DNA of 32,000 bases from Propionibacterium ruminifibrarum (GTDB taxonomy: Bacteria; Actinomycetota; Actinomycetes; Propionibacteriales; Propionibacteriaceae), in the NCBI RefSeq assembly GCF_900289195.1, contig NZ_OMOH01000007.1, positions 30,001-62,000 on the forward strand, given 5' to 3'. A model generated the notes under the pieces. That model worked only from the letters and a program-made list of their open reading frames with translations. It ran no database searches and had not been told where the DNA came from. Shown here in pieces: positions 22,167 through 32,000 of this stretch. The position numbers were made by a program, and so were the translations under genes. Numbering within the stretch: position 1 is the first letter of the stretch; each line of letters begins with the position of its first letter.

Positions 22167-22454
22167 ATGAATCTCGGCTGGCAGGAGCTCCTCATCGTCC
22201 TGGTCATCGCCGTCCTGCTCTTCGGCGGTACCAAGCTGGCCGGCCTCGGCCGCGCCTCGGGCAAGGCCATCCGCGAGTTCAAGGAGGAGACCGAGGGTCT
22301 CAGCGCCAAGAAGAAGGCCGAGGAGGCCCCTGCCGTGACCCAGGCCCCGGCCCAGCCGCAGGCCCAGCAGCCCGTTCAGCCCCAGCCGCCGGCCCAGCAG
22401 GACGGTCAGGTCGTCGAGGGCGAGGTCGTCAACCCGACCACCGACAACGCCTGA
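22167..22454 (+). CDS. tatA: Twin-arginine translocase subunit TatA/E
   Basis: ATG 22167 follows a GGGAGA RBS. MNLGWQELLIVLVIAVLLFGGTKLAGLGRASGKAIREFKEE gives the TM helix and amphipathic helix, followed by a Gln/Pro-rich tail (95 aa). Confidence 0.9.
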   Translation: MNLGWQELLIVLVIAVLLFGGTKLAGLGRASGKAIREFKEETEGLSAKKKAEEAPAVTQAPAQPQAQQPVQPQPPAQQDGQVVEGEVVNPTTDNA

Positions 22455-22468
22455 CCGGCCAGGGCGAC

Positions 22469-23344
22469 ATGGCCACGTCGATCGACCAGGGGCAGGCCGA
22501 CGGTGCTGCGCACCGCAAGCGCAAGCGCCGCCACATCCTGCCCGAGTCCTGGCGTCCTCCCGAGATCGCCGAGGACGGCTCGATGGAACTCGTCGATCAT
22601 CTTCGCGAACTGCGCTACCGCATCCTCGTGTCGATCGTCGCCCTCATCGTCGCCGCCCTGTGCTGTTTCGTCTTCTTCGACCAGCTGATCGAGGTCTTCT
22701 TCCACCCGATCAACACCGCGATCGCCACCTACCAGGCCAACAACCCCGAGGCCCAGGTGGCCATCACCACCTCGAACATCACCGGCGGCTTCCGGCTGTG
22801 GATGAAGATCCCGGTCGTCGCCGGCTTCATCCTGTCGTGCCCCGTGTGGCTCTACCAGCTGTGGCGGTTCATCGCCCCCGGCCTGCTCGCCAACGAACGC
22901 AAGGCCGCACTCACCTTCCTCGGGCCGGCCGTCCCGCTGTTCCTGGCCGGCATCGTGCTCGGCTACTGGGTCTGCCCCAAGGGCTTCGCCGTCCTGCTGG
23001 AGTTCAACCCCTCGGGCGTGACGAACCTCAACGACGCCAACGAGTTCCTCACCTTCGAAATCACCCTGCTGCTCGTCTTCGGCCTCAGCTTCCTGCTGCC
23101 GGTCGTGCTGGTCATGCTCGACAAGTTCGGCCTCATCACCGGCGCAGCGCTGGGCAAGTACCGTTCCATCGCCGTCTTCGGCTGCTTCCTGTTCGCGGCG
23201 GTGGCGACCCCCTCGACCGACCCGATCTCCATGGCCGTGCTCGCCGTGCCCATGTCGGGGCTGTACGTCGTCGCCGAGATCATCTGCAAACGCAACGACA
23301 AGCGCCGCGCCGGTCGGCTCGAGGCCGGCTCTGCTGCCGAGTGA
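22469..23344 (+). CDS. tatC: Twin-arginine translocase subunit TatC
   Basis: MELVDHLRELRYRILVSIVALIV is followed by six TM segments. It has a basic N-terminal extension, as in other actinobacterial TatC proteins (291 aa). Confidence 0.9.
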   Translation: MATSIDQGQADGAAHRKRKRRHILPESWRPPEIAEDGSMELVDHLRELRYRILVSIVALIVAALCCFVFFDQLIEVFFHPINTAIATYQANNPEAQVAITTSNITGGFRLWMKIPVVAGFILSCPVWLYQLWRFIAPGLLANERKAALTFLGPAVPLFLAGIVLGYWVCPKGFAVLLEFNPSGVTNLNDANEFLTFEITLLLVFGLSFLLPVVLVMLDKFGLITGAALGKYRSIAVFGCFLFAAVATPSTDPISMAVLAVPMSGLYVVAEIICKRNDKRRAGRLEAGSAAE

Positions 23345-23384
23345 GCCGCCCTGAACCCAGCGCCGGCCCCTCGGACGGCCCCGC

Positions 23385-24272
23385 TCAGGGCCGGGGGAGG
23401 CCGAACCAGGTGCCCGCGAACCGGGCGAAGCCGTCCTCGGTGTTCGGCGGCGCGATGTAGTCCGCGGCCTCGCGGGTGTCGTCACAGCCGTTGGTCATCG
23501 CCACCCCCACCCCGGCCCGCTCGACCATCCGGGTGTCGTTCTCGGCGTCGCCGAAGGCCATGATCGCCCCGACGTCCAGGCCGAGGGTCTGCGCCATGGC
23601 GTCCAGGCCGAGTGTCTTGTCCACGTCGGGGGCCATGAACTCGATGAGGTTCGGCCCGGTCCGCAGACAGGCCACGCGCGGGTCGTCCCAGCCGGCGGCG
23701 CGTTCCTGCAGCAGACCCATCTGGGCCGGGTCGCAGAAGATGTGGAGCTTGGCCTGCGGGGTGTCCAGGAGACGGTCGAAGTCCGGATCCTCGTGCACCT
23801 TCACGCGCGCCCACGCCGTCATCTCATCCATCAGCTCGGTCGCCCTCGGGGTGAGGAAGACGCCGTCCTCGATGATCGAGAACGCCACGGGCAGGCCGGC
23901 GAAGAAGTCCATGACCTCACGGAACAGGCCCGCCTCGATCAGGTGGCCGCGGCTCACCTCACCCGTGCGGCGATCGTGGAACTCCGAGCCGTTCAGGCCC
24001 GAGACGAAGTCGACCAGGGCGGTGATGCCCCACTGCTCCATGAGCCGCTCGATCGAGACGACGTCGCGTCCCGAGGCGATGCCGAACGGGATGCCGGCCG
24101 CGTGCAGGGACTCCAGCGTGCGGCGGGTGTGCTCACTGACCCAGGACGCCTGGTCGAGCAGGGTGCCGTCCAGGTCGGACATCACGGCGCGGATCGAACG
24201 GCGGTCGGACGCCGAGGGGAGGCTGCTGGGAGAGAACTCGACTGCGCTCACCCCGCAATCCTCGCACAGCAT
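23385..24272 (-). CDS. Cof-type HAD-IIB family hydrolase (sugar-phosphatase-like)
   Basis: Motif I is VMSDLDGTLL and motif IV is AFGDAENDTRMVERAGVGVAMTNG. A cap domain lies between them. The start is ATG 24272 or GTG 24251. The longer track ORF (to 24446) overlaps the helY start region. Confidence 0.85.
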   Translation of the reverse strand: MLCEDCGVSAVEFSPSSLPSASDRRSIRAVMSDLDGTLLDQASWVSEHTRRTLESLHAAGIPFGIASGRDVVSIERLMEQWGITALVDFVSGLNGSEFHDRRTGEVSRGHLIEAGLFREVMDFFAGLPVAFSIIEDGVFLTPRATELMDEMTAWARVKVHEDPDFDRLLDTPQAKLHIFCDPAQMGLLQERAAGWDDPRVACLRTGPNLIEFMAPDVDKTLGLDAMAQTLGLDVGAIMAFGDAENDTRMVERAGVGVAMTNGCDDTREAADYIAPPNTEDGFARFAGTWFGLPRP

Positions 24273-24397
24273 TCGCCCGGCAGACCCCCGGAACGGGCCC
24301 TGCCCTGGTGCCGACGTCCGGTGCGGGCGTGCGACGTCCGGCCGGGTGAGCCGTCCCGTACCCGTGGTCCGGTGGGGGACCGCTCTAGGCTTGACGT

Positions 24398-27202
24398 GTG
24401 AGTGATGAGCAGCCGCGCGAGTCCCCGACCCCAGCGCCCAGCGCACGGCTGGGAGTCTTCATGGCCGGTTACGGCTTCACCTTCGACCCGTTCCAGCGGG
24501 AGGCCTGCGCCAGCATCGACGCCGGCCACAGCGTGCTCGTCGCAGCGCCCACCGGGTCAGGCAAGACGGTCGTCGGCGAGTACGCCTGTCACGTGGCACT
24601 GGCCGAGGGGCGCCGCTGCTTCTACACCACACCGATCAAGGCCCTGAGCAACCAGAAGTACCACGACCTCGTGGCCCGTCACGGCGCCGACAACGTCGGA
24701 CTGCTCACCGGTGACATCTCCGTCAACGGTGACGCGCCCATCGTCGTCATGACCACCGAGGTGCTGCGCAACATGCTCTACGCGGCCTCGCACTCACTCG
24801 ACACCCTCTCCTACGTCGTCCTCGACGAGGTGCACTACCTGTCCGACCGCTTCCGAGGCGCCGTCTGGGAGGAGGTCATCCTGGGCCTCGCCTCGTCGGT
24901 GCAGATCGTCTCGCTGTCGGCCACCGTCAGCAATGCCGAGGAGTTCGGCGAGTGGCTCGACACCGTCCGCGGCCATGTCGACGTCGTCGTATGGGAACAG
25001 CGCCCGGTGCCGCTGCAGCAGCACGTCATGGCGGGGCACGAGATCATCGATCTCTTCGACGGGCCGGGCGGCCGGGTCAACCCGCGTCTGGTGCAACTCG
25101 CCAAGGGCGAGGCCCGTCGAATGCGCGACGACTCACGCCGTCCCCGGGGGCGCAGCGGACGCGGCAAGAAGACCATCAACTACGGATCCGGCCGGTTCGG
25201 CGGCGCCACCAGCCGCCGGTACGCGGCGAGGGGCTCCGGACGCAACACCCTGACGCCGAGTCGGGCCGCGGTCGTCGTCGGACTCGAACGGGCACACCTG
25301 CTGCCGGCCATCTACTTCGTCTTCAGCCGGTCGGGCTGTGACGGGGCGGTTCGTCAGCTGCTCAACGCCAACATCCGCCTGACCAGCCACGACGAGGCCG
25401 CCGAACTCGAACGCATCGCCCACCGGCACGGCGCCGGGCTGGACGCCGAGGACCGCCGCGCCCTTGGCTGGGGGCCCTTCGTCGAGGCCCTGCGCCGTGG
25501 TATCGCCGCTCACCACGCGGGCCTGCTGCCCGCCTTCAAGGCGATCGTCGAGGAGGCCTTCACCAGGGGGCTGCTCAAGATCGTCTTCGCCACCGAGACC
25601 CTTGCGCTGGGCATCAACATGCCGGCGCGGACCGTCGTGCTGGAACGCCTGGTGAAGTACAACGGCCAGACGCACGCCGACATCACGCCGGGGGAGTACA
25701 CCCAGCTCACCGGCCGCGCCGGCCGTCGTGGCATCGACGACCAAGGCCACGCCGTGGTGCTGTGGCAGCCGGGCATGGACCCGCGCGCCGTCGCCGGACT
25801 GGCCAGCAGGCGCACCTACCCGCTGCGCTCCAGCTTCACCCCGAACTACAACATGGCTGTCAACCTCGTGCGCAGCGTCGGGCGGGTGCGCGCACGAGCG
25901 CTCCTCGAACAGAGCTTCGCCCAGTTCCAGACCGACCGTCACGTCGTCGCGCACTCCCGCCGGGCCGGTGCCGTTGCCACCGAGATCGAGCAGGCCTGGG
26001 CCGAGGCCGCCTGCGGGCGGGGGGACTTCGTCCACTACGCCCGCCTGCGCGACCGCATCACCGCGCTGCAGAAGGAGATCTCACGGGCCCGCAGGCAGGA
26101 GGGACGCGCCGAGATCGCCGAGGCGCTCGCCCGCCTCGAGCCCGGCGACGTCTGCTGGCTGCCCGCAGGCAGGCACGACGGCTGGGTGCTCGTCGTCGAG
26201 CCGGCCCGCCCCGGCTCGCCGGAGCCGAACCCGCTCATCATGACGCCCGAGCACCAGCTCGCCAGACTCGACGTCCGCGACGTCGCCGCGCCGGTCTCGG
26301 CCGCCAGCAGGGTGCGAGTGCCCAAGCGCTTCGACCGCCACTCCGCGGCGGACCGGCGGGCCCTTGCCCGTTCCTTCGACGCCCGCCTCGCCGGCCTCGG
26401 CGAGGGGCCGCGGACCGTGACCAGGCCGAGGGTCGACGCTGACCTGGCGGCCCAGGTCGAGCAGCTGCGTGCGGAGCTCGCCGCGCACCCCTGTCACGAC
26501 TGCCCCGACCGTGAGCAGCATGCCCGGGCGGCCGAACGCGCCCTGCGCCTGGAACGGTCCCTGGCCGGGGGCGAGCGTCGGGCGGGGGAGTCGCGCAACT
26601 CCATCGCCGCCCAGTTCGACCGCATCTGCGGGGTGCTCGACGCCCTCGGCTACCTCGACCCCGAGCACCCCGACGAGATCACCCGGGCCGGTGCGATGCT
26701 CGCCCGCATCTACAGCGAACTCGACCTGGTGATCGCCGAGGCCATCCGCGCCGGCGTCCTGGCCGATCTGCCGGTGCCCGCACTGGCCGCCGTGCTGAGC
26801 ACCCTCGTCTACGAGGCGCGGGCCGGGGGACCGTCGCCGTACCGCATGCCCGACGAGAGAAGCGAGCAGGCCCAGAGCGCCCTGCGCGCCGTCTGGCGCC
26901 AGGTCGGCCTCGTCGAACGCGACGAGCGCGTGGAGCGCGCCCGCAGCCTCGACATGGGTTTCGCCGCCCCCGTTCACATGTGGGCCCAGGGCGCCGGCCT
27001 CGCGCAGGTGCTCGACGCGTCCGACATGACGGCCGGTGACTTCGTCCGCTGGACCCGGCAGGTCATCGACCTCGCCTCCCAGGTCTCGAACGCGCCCGGG
27101 GTCGACGAACTGGGGCCGGGCGGCCTCGTCGTCGCGTGCCGGGGCGTGGTCAGCGCGCTGCGCCGCGACATCGTCGACGTCGACCAGGCCGGCCTGGACT
27201 GA
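24398..27202 (+). CDS. helY: Ski2-like DEAD/DEAH-box RNA helicase HelY
   Basis: 934 aa. Motifs: FQREACASIDAGHSVLVAAPTGSGKT (Q motif and motif I), VVLDEVHYL (DEVH), LSAT and QLTGRAGRRG. It has a long C-terminal arch/DSHCT-like region and is syntenic after tatC. GTG start; ATG 24461 is an alternative. Confidence 0.9.
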   Translation: MSDEQPRESPTPAPSARLGVFMAGYGFTFDPFQREACASIDAGHSVLVAAPTGSGKTVVGEYACHVALAEGRRCFYTTPIKALSNQKYHDLVARHGADNVGLLTGDISVNGDAPIVVMTTEVLRNMLYAASHSLDTLSYVVLDEVHYLSDRFRGAVWEEVILGLASSVQIVSLSATVSNAEEFGEWLDTVRGHVDVVVWEQRPVPLQQHVMAGHEIIDLFDGPGGRVNPRLVQLAKGEARRMRDDSRRPRGRSGRGKKTINYGSGRFGGATSRRYAARGSGRNTLTPSRAAVVVGLERAHLLPAIYFVFSRSGCDGAVRQLLNANIRLTSHDEAAELERIAHRHGAGLDAEDRRALGWGPFVEALRRGIAAHHAGLLPAFKAIVEEAFTRGLLKIVFATETLALGINMPARTVVLERLVKYNGQTHADITPGEYTQLTGRAGRRGIDDQGHAVVLWQPGMDPRAVAGLASRRTYPLRSSFTPNYNMAVNLVRSVGRVRARALLEQSFAQFQTDRHVVAHSRRAGAVATEIEQAWAEAACGRGDFVHYARLRDRITALQKEISRARRQEGRAEIAEALARLEPGDVCWLPAGRHDGWVLVVEPARPGSPEPNPLIMTPEHQLARLDVRDVAAPVSAASRVRVPKRFDRHSAADRRALARSFDARLAGLGEGPRTVTRPRVDADLAAQVEQLRAELAAHPCHDCPDREQHARAAERALRLERSLAGGERRAGESRNSIAAQFDRICGVLDALGYLDPEHPDEITRAGAMLARIYSELDLVIAEAIRAGVLADLPVPALAAVLSTLVYEARAGGPSPYRMPDERSEQAQSALRAVWRQVGLVERDERVERARSLDMGFAAPVHMWAQGAGLAQVLDASDMTAGDFVRWTRQVIDLASQVSNAPGVDELGPGGLVVACRGVVSALRRDIVDVDQAGLD

Positions 27203-27254
27203 CCAGTCCTTCACCGGCGCCCCGGCAGGGCCCCGATCGGGGGAGAATGAACCC

Positions 27255-27584
27255 ATGATCGCCATCACCGTCAAATGGGACGTCAAACCCGAATACTCAG
27301 CCGACTTCATGAACCTGACCAGAGAGTTCACCCAGGGTTGCCGCGCCGAGCCCGGCTGCCTGTGGTTCGAGTGGTCGACATCGGTCGAGACGCCCGACCA
27401 GTACATCCTCATCGAGGCCTACCGCGATGCCGTGGCCGGCACGGCGCACGTTGAGTCGGATCACTTCGCCAAGGCCATGGCCACGCTGGGCCAGTACGTC
27501 AGCCGCCGCCCGCAGGTGGTCTCGGTCTCCACCGAGCAGCAGGGCTGGGCGCCGCTCGGCGAGATCACCATGCCCGACGAGTAG
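27255..27584 (+). CDS. Antibiotic-biosynthesis-monooxygenase (ABM/YgiN-like) domain protein
   Basis: ATG 27255 follows GGGGGAG. MIAITVKWDVKPEYSADFMNLTREFTQGCRAEPGCLWFEWSTSVETPDQYILIEAYRDAVAGTAHVESDHF is the ferredoxin-like ABM pattern (109 aa). Confidence 0.8.
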   Translation: MIAITVKWDVKPEYSADFMNLTREFTQGCRAEPGCLWFEWSTSVETPDQYILIEAYRDAVAGTAHVESDHFAKAMATLGQYVSRRPQVVSVSTEQQGWAPLGEITMPDE

Positions 27585-27643
27585 TCCCGCGCCGCCCCTG
27601 AGGTCCGCGTCCCGGGCCGGGCGCCGCTCGATAGGCTGGCCCC

Positions 27644-28408
27644 ATGACCGTGGCAATCCGAGTGATCCCCTGCCTGGACGTCACCGACGGGCGGGTGGTC
27701 AAGGGCGTGAACTTCACCAGACTGCGTGACGCGGGCGACCCCGTCGAGCTGGCCCGGGCCTATGGCGCGGCCGGCGCCGACGAACTCACCTTCCTCGACA
27801 TCTCGGCCAGCTCGCAGGGGCGCGCCACGACGCGCGAGGTGGTCACCCGGTGCGCCTCGACCGTCTTCATTCCGCTCACCGTCGGAGGGGGCGTACGCAC
27901 CGTCGAGGACGTCGACGCCCTGCTGCGCTGCGGCGCCGACAAGGTGAGCATCAACACCGGTGCCATCGCGAACCCCCAGGTCATCGACGAGATCACCGGC
28001 CGTTTCGGCAACCAGGTGCTCGTCCTCAGCCTCGACGCCCGGCGCGAACCGGGAATGCCGTCCGGCTACGGCGTCACCACCCACGGGGGGACTCGCTCGG
28101 CCGGCCTGGACGCCATCGAATGGGCCGTCGAGGCGGTCTCGCGAGGCTGCGGCGAGGTCCTCCTCAACTCCATGGACGCCGACGGCACCCGGGACGGCTT
28201 CGACACCGAGATGACCGCCGCCGTCCGCGAGGCCGTCGACGTGCCACTCATCGCCTCCGGCGGAGCCGGCAAGGCCGAGGACTTCGTCGAGGCCGTGCGT
28301 GCCGGCGCCGACGCGGTGCTGGCCGCATCCGTCTTCCACTACGGCGTGCTCACCATCGAACAGGTCAAGCAGGAACTCGACCGCGCGGGATTCCCGGTGC
28401 GCCTGTGA
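27644..28408 (+). CDS. hisF: Imidazole glycerol phosphate synthase cyclase subunit
   Basis: The protein reads [40 protein letters not shown]...FLDISAS...PLTVGGGVR...ADKVSINT...[11 protein letters not shown]...PLIASGGAG, full-length HisF (254 aa). Confidence 0.95.
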   Translation: MTVAIRVIPCLDVTDGRVVKGVNFTRLRDAGDPVELARAYGAAGADELTFLDISASSQGRATTREVVTRCASTVFIPLTVGGGVRTVEDVDALLRCGADKVSINTGAIANPQVIDEITGRFGNQVLVLSLDARREPGMPSGYGVTTHGGTRSAGLDAIEWAVEAVSRGCGEVLLNSMDADGTRDGFDTEMTAAVREAVDVPLIASGGAGKAEDFVEAVRAGADAVLAASVFHYGVLTIEQVKQELDRAGFPVRL

Positions 28409-28494
28409 GCCCCTGTCGGGCGGGGAGCGGGCCGGCGAGCCCGTTGTGCGGACACCCCGTGTCACCACGTGAACGAGTCGTGCAATAATGAGCC

Positions 28495-28527
28495 CGTGCT
28501 CGCAAGTCGAATTCTCGTACTCGCCTA
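28495..28527 (+). CDS. Putative ilvB leader peptide [11 protein letters not shown] (10 codons)
   Basis: GTG CTC GCA AGT CGA ATT CTC GTA CTC GCC TAG. It holds an Ile-Leu-Val-Leu run directly before the stop, 190 nt upstream of ilvB. AATAAT (28483-28488) sits 6 nt upstream of the GTG, which fits a leaderless transcript. From memory it resembles the RILVLG-type ilvB leaders of Streptomyces. Confidence 0.5.
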
Positions 28528-28553
28528 GCGCTTCGTCCGTCCAGACGGAGCGC

Positions 28554-28590
28554 TCCCTCGTATGCCAGCAGGCAGCGGGGGTTTTTTGTT
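28554..28590 (+). terminator. Attenuator-type intrinsic terminator in the ilvB leader
   Basis: CCCTCGTATGCC-agca-GGCAGCGGGG forms about 9 bp with an internal loop, followed by GTTTTTTGTTGG, the only long T-run in the region. An upstream alternative hairpin AGCGCT..CCGT-ccag-ACGG-AGCGCT (28526-28553) abuts the leader stop codon. The palindrome GGAGCGCTCC (28547-28556) bridges the two structures. Confidence 0.55.
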
Positions 28591-28713
28591 GGTCGGGACA
28601 TTTCACGCCCAGCTCGTGCTTCCACCACGAGCGGCGGGCACGCACCGGGCGTCGCTGAGGGGCGGCGCTGCCACGAGTGGGCCTCAGGCTCACGAGCCGA
28701 GAAGGAGAACGCC

Positions 28714-30474
28714 ATGGCAGGCGAACCGAGGTCGCGCGAGACAGGCGCGACCGAGCTCACCGGCGCACAAGCGCTGCTCAAGTCCCTCGAGAAACTCGGG
28801 GTCGACACCGTGTTCGGTCTTCCCGGCGGCGCAATCCTGCCGCTGTACGATCCCCTGTTCGACTCGGACATCCGGCACATCCTGGTCCGCCATGAGCAGG
28901 CCGCCGGCCATGCGGCCGAGGGCTACGCCGTCGCGACCGGTCGGGTCGGTGTCTGCATCGCCACCTCGGGGCCGGGCGCCACCAATCTCGTGACGCCCAT
29001 CGGCGACGCCTACATGGACTCGGTGCCGCTCATCGCCATCACCGGACAGGTGAAGTCGACGGCGATCGGCACCGACGCCTTCCAGGAGGCCGACATCAGG
29101 GGCATCACCACCCCGATCACCAAGCACAACTTCCTCATCACGCACGCCGAGGACATCCCCGCCGCACTGGCCGAGGCCCACCACATCGCCCGCACGGGCC
29201 GTCCGGGGCCGGTCCTCGTCGACGTCGCCGGCGACGCCCTCAGGCAGGTCGTGCCCTTCGTGTGGCCCGAGAAGATCACGCTGCCCGGCTACAAGCCCAC
29301 CGTGTCGCCCCACGCCAAGCAGATGTCGTCGGCCGCGCGCGTGCTGGCCGCGGCCGAACGGCCCGTGCTCATCGCCGGCGGCGGCATCATCCGCGCCAGG
29401 GCCGCCAAGGAACTCAAGGCCTTCGTCGAGGCCACCGGCGTCCCGGTCGCCACCACGCTGACCGCCAAGGGCGTCTTCCCCAGCACCGACCCGCTCTACC
29501 TGGGCATGCCCGGCATGCACGGCACGGTGGCGGCGGTCGGCGCCATCCAGCGCGCCGACGTGGTGCTCGCCGTGGGCATGCGGTTCGACGACCGCGTCAC
29601 CGGTGAGCTGTCGACCTTCGCGCCGCACGCCACGGTGATCCACGCCGACATCGATCCGGCCGAGATCAGCAAGAACATCAACGCCGATGTGCCTATCGTC
29701 GGCGACGCCCGCAAGGTGCTCGCCGGCCTCATCGACCGTCTCGAGGGCAAGAAGCTGCAGGACCTGAGTTCCTGGCACGAGTACCTGCAGGGCCTGAAGG
29801 ACCGCTACCAGGTGGCCAAGGAGCGCTCGGCCGACGGCACGCTCAGCCCGCAGTGGGTGATCGAGCGGATCGGCGAGAAGTTCGGCCCCGACGCCATCTA
29901 CGCCACCGGCGTCGGCCAGCACCAGATGTGGGCCGCGCACCTGCTGCCGGTCGACCAGCCCAACCACTTCCTGACCAGCGGCGGCGCCGGCACCATGGGC
30001 TACTGCGTGCCGGCGGCGATGGGCGCCAAGGTGGGTGCGCCCGACAAGGTGGTCGTCGGCGTCGACGGCGACGGCTGCTTCCAGATGACCAACCAGGAGC
30101 TCGTCACCTGCGCGCTCAACCACATCCCGGTGAAGATCGCGGTGATCAACAACAGCGCTCTCGGCATGGTGCGGCAGTGGCAGTCGCTGTTCTACAACGA
30201 GCGCTACTCGCACACCGACCTGAACTCCGACCAGCTGCCGGACATCCCGAAACTGGCCGAGGCCATGGGCGCGGTCGGTCTGCGGGCGACCACCGAGACC
30301 GAGGTCGACGAGGTCCTGGCCCGGGCCGCCGAGATCAACGACGCCCCGGTCGTCATGGAGTTCGTCTGCGAGAAGGACGCCATGGTCTGGCCGATGGTCG
30401 CCGCCGGCACAAGCAACGATGACATCAAGATCGCGCGCGACATGGCGCCGAACTGGGGGGAGGACGAGCTGTGA
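28714..30474 (+). CDS. ilvB: Acetolactate synthase (AHAS) large subunit
   Basis: 586 aa with a GAAGGAG RBS. Key segments are [40 protein letters not shown] and the ThDP motif [17 protein letters not shown]...NN. Confidence 0.95.
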   Translation: MAGEPRSRETGATELTGAQALLKSLEKLGVDTVFGLPGGAILPLYDPLFDSDIRHILVRHEQAAGHAAEGYAVATGRVGVCIATSGPGATNLVTPIGDAYMDSVPLIAITGQVKSTAIGTDAFQEADIRGITTPITKHNFLITHAEDIPAALAEAHHIARTGRPGPVLVDVAGDALRQVVPFVWPEKITLPGYKPTVSPHAKQMSSAARVLAAAERPVLIAGGGIIRARAAKELKAFVEATGVPVATTLTAKGVFPSTDPLYLGMPGMHGTVAAVGAIQRADVVLAVGMRFDDRVTGELSTFAPHATVIHADIDPAEISKNINADVPIVGDARKVLAGLIDRLEGKKLQDLSSWHEYLQGLKDRYQVAKERSADGTLSPQWVIERIGEKFGPDAIYATGVGQHQMWAAHLLPVDQPNHFLTSGGAGTMGYCVPAAMGAKVGAPDKVVVGVDGDGCFQMTNQELVTCALNHIPVKIAVINNSALGMVRQWQSLFYNERYSHTDLNSDQLPDIPKLAEAMGAVGLRATTETEVDEVLARAAEINDAPVVMEFVCEKDAMVWPMVAAGTSNDDIKIARDMAPNWGEDEL

Positions 30475-30998
30475 GAACTCATACGCTCAGTGTTCTGGTG
30501 AGCAACAAGTCCGGCGTGCTCGCGCGCGTCGTGGGCCTGATCTCCAGGCGCGGCTTCAACATCGATTCCCTGTCCGTGGGCACCACCGAGCACCCCGACG
30601 TCTCGCGCATGACCATCGTCATGGCCGTCGAGGACGAGCGGGTCATCGAGCAGGTCGTCAAGCAGCTGAACAAGCTCATCGAGGTCTACAAGATCGTCGA
30701 GCTCGAGGCCAACGCGGTCAACCACGAGATGCTGCTCGTCAAGGTGAGCTGCACCGATTCGACGCGGTCGGCCGTGATCGACATCACCAATCTGTTCCGC
30801 GGACACATCGTCGACGTGAGCCCGGATTCTGTGACCATTGAGGTCACCGGGGGGCGGCAGAAGATCGACTCCTTCAGCGCGATGGTCTCCTCCTACGGCA
30901 TCATCGAGATGGTGCAGTCGGGCCAGGTCGCCCTGGGCCGCGGGAGCAGAAGCATCAACGAGAAGAAACGTCCGGCTCTGGCCAAGCACAAGGGCTGA
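30471..30998 (+). CDS. ilvN: Acetolactate synthase small (regulatory) subunit
   Basis: The GTG start overlaps the ilvB TGA (GTGA). [50 protein letters not shown] is the ACT domain, followed by the AHAS small-subunit C-terminal domain (175 aa). Confidence 0.93.
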   Translation: MRTHTLSVLVSNKSGVLARVVGLISRRGFNIDSLSVGTTEHPDVSRMTIVMAVEDERVIEQVVKQLNKLIEVYKIVELEANAVNHEMLLVKVSCTDSTRSAVIDITNLFRGHIVDVSPDSVTIEVTGGRQKIDSFSAMVSSYGIIEMVQSGQVALGRGSRSINEKKRPALAKHKG

Positions 30999-31028
30999 GC
31001 GCGGGAACCACACACAACAGGAGTAGCA

Positions 31029-32000
31029 ATGGCAGAATTGTTCCACGAGGATGACGCCGACCTTTCGGTGATCCAGTCGAAGACGGTGGCCGTCATCGGT
31101 TACGGCTCACAGGGCCACGCCCATGCGCTCAACCTGCGCGACTCGGGCGTCAACGTCGTCGTCGGCCTGCGCGCCGGGTCCAGCTCCGTCGCGAAGGCCG
31201 AGGAGGTGGGCCTGACCGTCAAGTCGGTCGAGGACGCCGTCAAGGAAGGCGATGTCGTCGTCATCCTCGCCCCCGACCAGGTCCAGTCCACGATCTACAC
31301 CGAGCAGATCGAGCCCAACCTGAAGCCCGGCGCGGCCCTGCTGTTCGCTCACGGTTTCAACATCCACTTCGGTTACATCAAGCCCGCCGCCGGCCACGAC
31401 GTCATCATGGTCGCCCCCAAGGGCCCCGGCCACACCGTGCGCCGCGAGTACGAGGCCGGCCGTGGTGTCCCGGTGCTGGTCTGCGTCGAGCAGGACGCCT
31501 CCGGGCAGGCCTGGCCGCTGGTCCTGTCCTACGCCAAGGCCATCGGGGGCACCCGCGCAGGGGCCTTCAAGACGACCTTCCGAGAGGAAACCGAGACCGA
31601 CCTGTTCGGCGAGCAGAGCGTCCTGTGCGGCGGCCTGTCCAAGCTGATCCAGACCGGCTTCGAGGTGCTCGTGGAGGCCGGCTACCAGCCCGAGATGGCC
31701 TACTTCGAGGTCTGCCACGAGATGAAGCTGATCGTCGACCTCATCAACGAGGGCGGCATCTCCAAGCAGCGCTGGTCCTGCTCCGACACCGCCGAGTATG
31801 GCGACTACATCTCCGGCCCGCGCGTGATCGGCCCGGAGGTCAAGGAGCACATGAAGGGTGTCCTGTCCGACATCCAGGACGGCTCCTTCGCCAAGCGCTT
31901 CATGGACGACCAGGCCGCCGGCGCCCCGGAGTTCAAGCGCCTGCGTGCCGAGGGCGAGGCGCACCCGATCGAGGCCGTCGGCAAGCAGATCCGCTCGCTG
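31029..32000 (+). CDS. ilvC: Ketol-acid reductoisomerase, 5' part (continues past the right edge)
   Basis: Not in the ORF track because there is no stop in the window. ATG 31029 follows AGGAG. The protein reads [48 protein letters not shown]...[11 protein letters not shown]...[14 protein letters not shown]...[14 protein letters not shown], a class I KARI. Confidence 0.93.
   Translation, partial: MAELFHEDDADLSVIQSKTVAVIGYGSQGHAHALNLRDSGVNVVVGLRAGSSSVAKAEEVGLTVKSVEDAVKEGDVVVILAPDQVQSTIYTEQIEPNLKPGAALLFAHGFNIHFGYIKPAAGHDVIMVAPKGPGHTVRREYEAGRGVPVLVCVEQDASGQAWPLVLSYAKAIGGTRAGAFKTTFREETETDLFGEQSVLCGGLSKLIQTGFEVLVEAGYQPEMAYFEVCHEMKLIVDLINEGGISKQRWSCSDTAEYGDYISGPRVIGPEVKEHMKGVLSDIQDGSFAKRFMDDQAAGAPEFKRLRAEGEAHPIEAVGKQIRSL

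Noticed and set aside
25133-27412. 300-aa and 443-aa ORFs antisense to helY
   Set aside because: Their composition (G/R/A/P/D/V runs) and complete overlap with a motif-complete helicase indicate shadow frames.
28487-28657. 56-codon ORF ([14 protein letters not shown]...) in the ilvB leader
   Set aside because: Its ATG lies inside the putative -10 hexamer. It reads straight through the terminator hairpin and T-tract, has no ILV enrichment, and its Cys/Ser-rich sequence is not protein-like. The 10-codon ILVL mini-ORF explains the region better.
28690-30213. 507-aa ORF antisense to ilvB. The same class includes 22406-23485 (antisense tatC), 14334-15587 (antisense scpA), 13185-13919 (antisense parA), 15757-16788 (antisense rluB), 21268-22095 (antisense pafC), 10629-11423 (antisense SDR) and 18643-20265.
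   Set aside because: All overlap genes with unambiguous family signatures and encode low-complexity Arg/Gly/Pro/Asp-rich sequences. No independent RBS or motif supports them.
1-32000. Scan for CRISPR arrays, tRNA/rRNA genes, transposases/integrases and long direct or terminal inverted repeats
   Set aside because: None recognised by eye. The only non-trivial repeats are the 13-nt tandem units at 11572-11610 and the 17-nt operator duplication at 17345-17388, both reported above. A computational repeat, tRNAscan and Rfam pass would be needed to be definitive.

Overview
Very GC-rich, densely coding window; third codon positions are almost all G/C, as in an actinobacterial chromosome (taxon is inference only). 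I saw no rRNA, tRNA, CRISPR array, transposase or integrase. The left ~13 kb is an accessory patchwork of regulators with redox, detox and efflux genes. It holds a partial aldo/keto reductase (AKR) divergent from a LysR gene, a marR-MATE efflux operon, and a minus-strand string of surface protein, short cytochrome P450, 52-aa hydrophobic ORF, LysR, cupin and AKR. It also holds a threonine-aldolase-family enzyme, an SDR, and a translationally coupled O-acetyltransferase/alpha-beta-hydrolase pair. The right ~19 kb consists of conserved housekeeping blocks placed side by side. These are parA-like, a small ORF, scpA, scpB, rluB; VOC/MarR; an FKBP lipoprotein; gluQ; pafB-pafC-tatA-tatC; a Cof-type HAD; helY; an ABM monooxygenase; hisF; and an ilvB leader/attenuator followed by ilvB-ilvN-ilvC (ilvC runs off the right edge). 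Most worth a second look: (1) a 102-aa ribbon-helix-helix-like ORF coupled between the orphan ParA ATPase and scpAB, resembling a type Ib partition cassette; (2) a 16-bp perfect hairpin built from tandem 13-nt palindromic units at 11571-11611; (3) an N-terminally short P450 coupled by a GTGA overlap to a tiny membrane ORF; (4) an acidic surface protein whose pilin-type domain has no lysine and whose C-terminal anchor lacks LPXTG; (5) a probable leaderless ILV-rich leader peptide and terminator ahead of ilvB. The many long Arg/Pro/Gly-rich ORFs in the track are shadow frames of real genes and are rejected.
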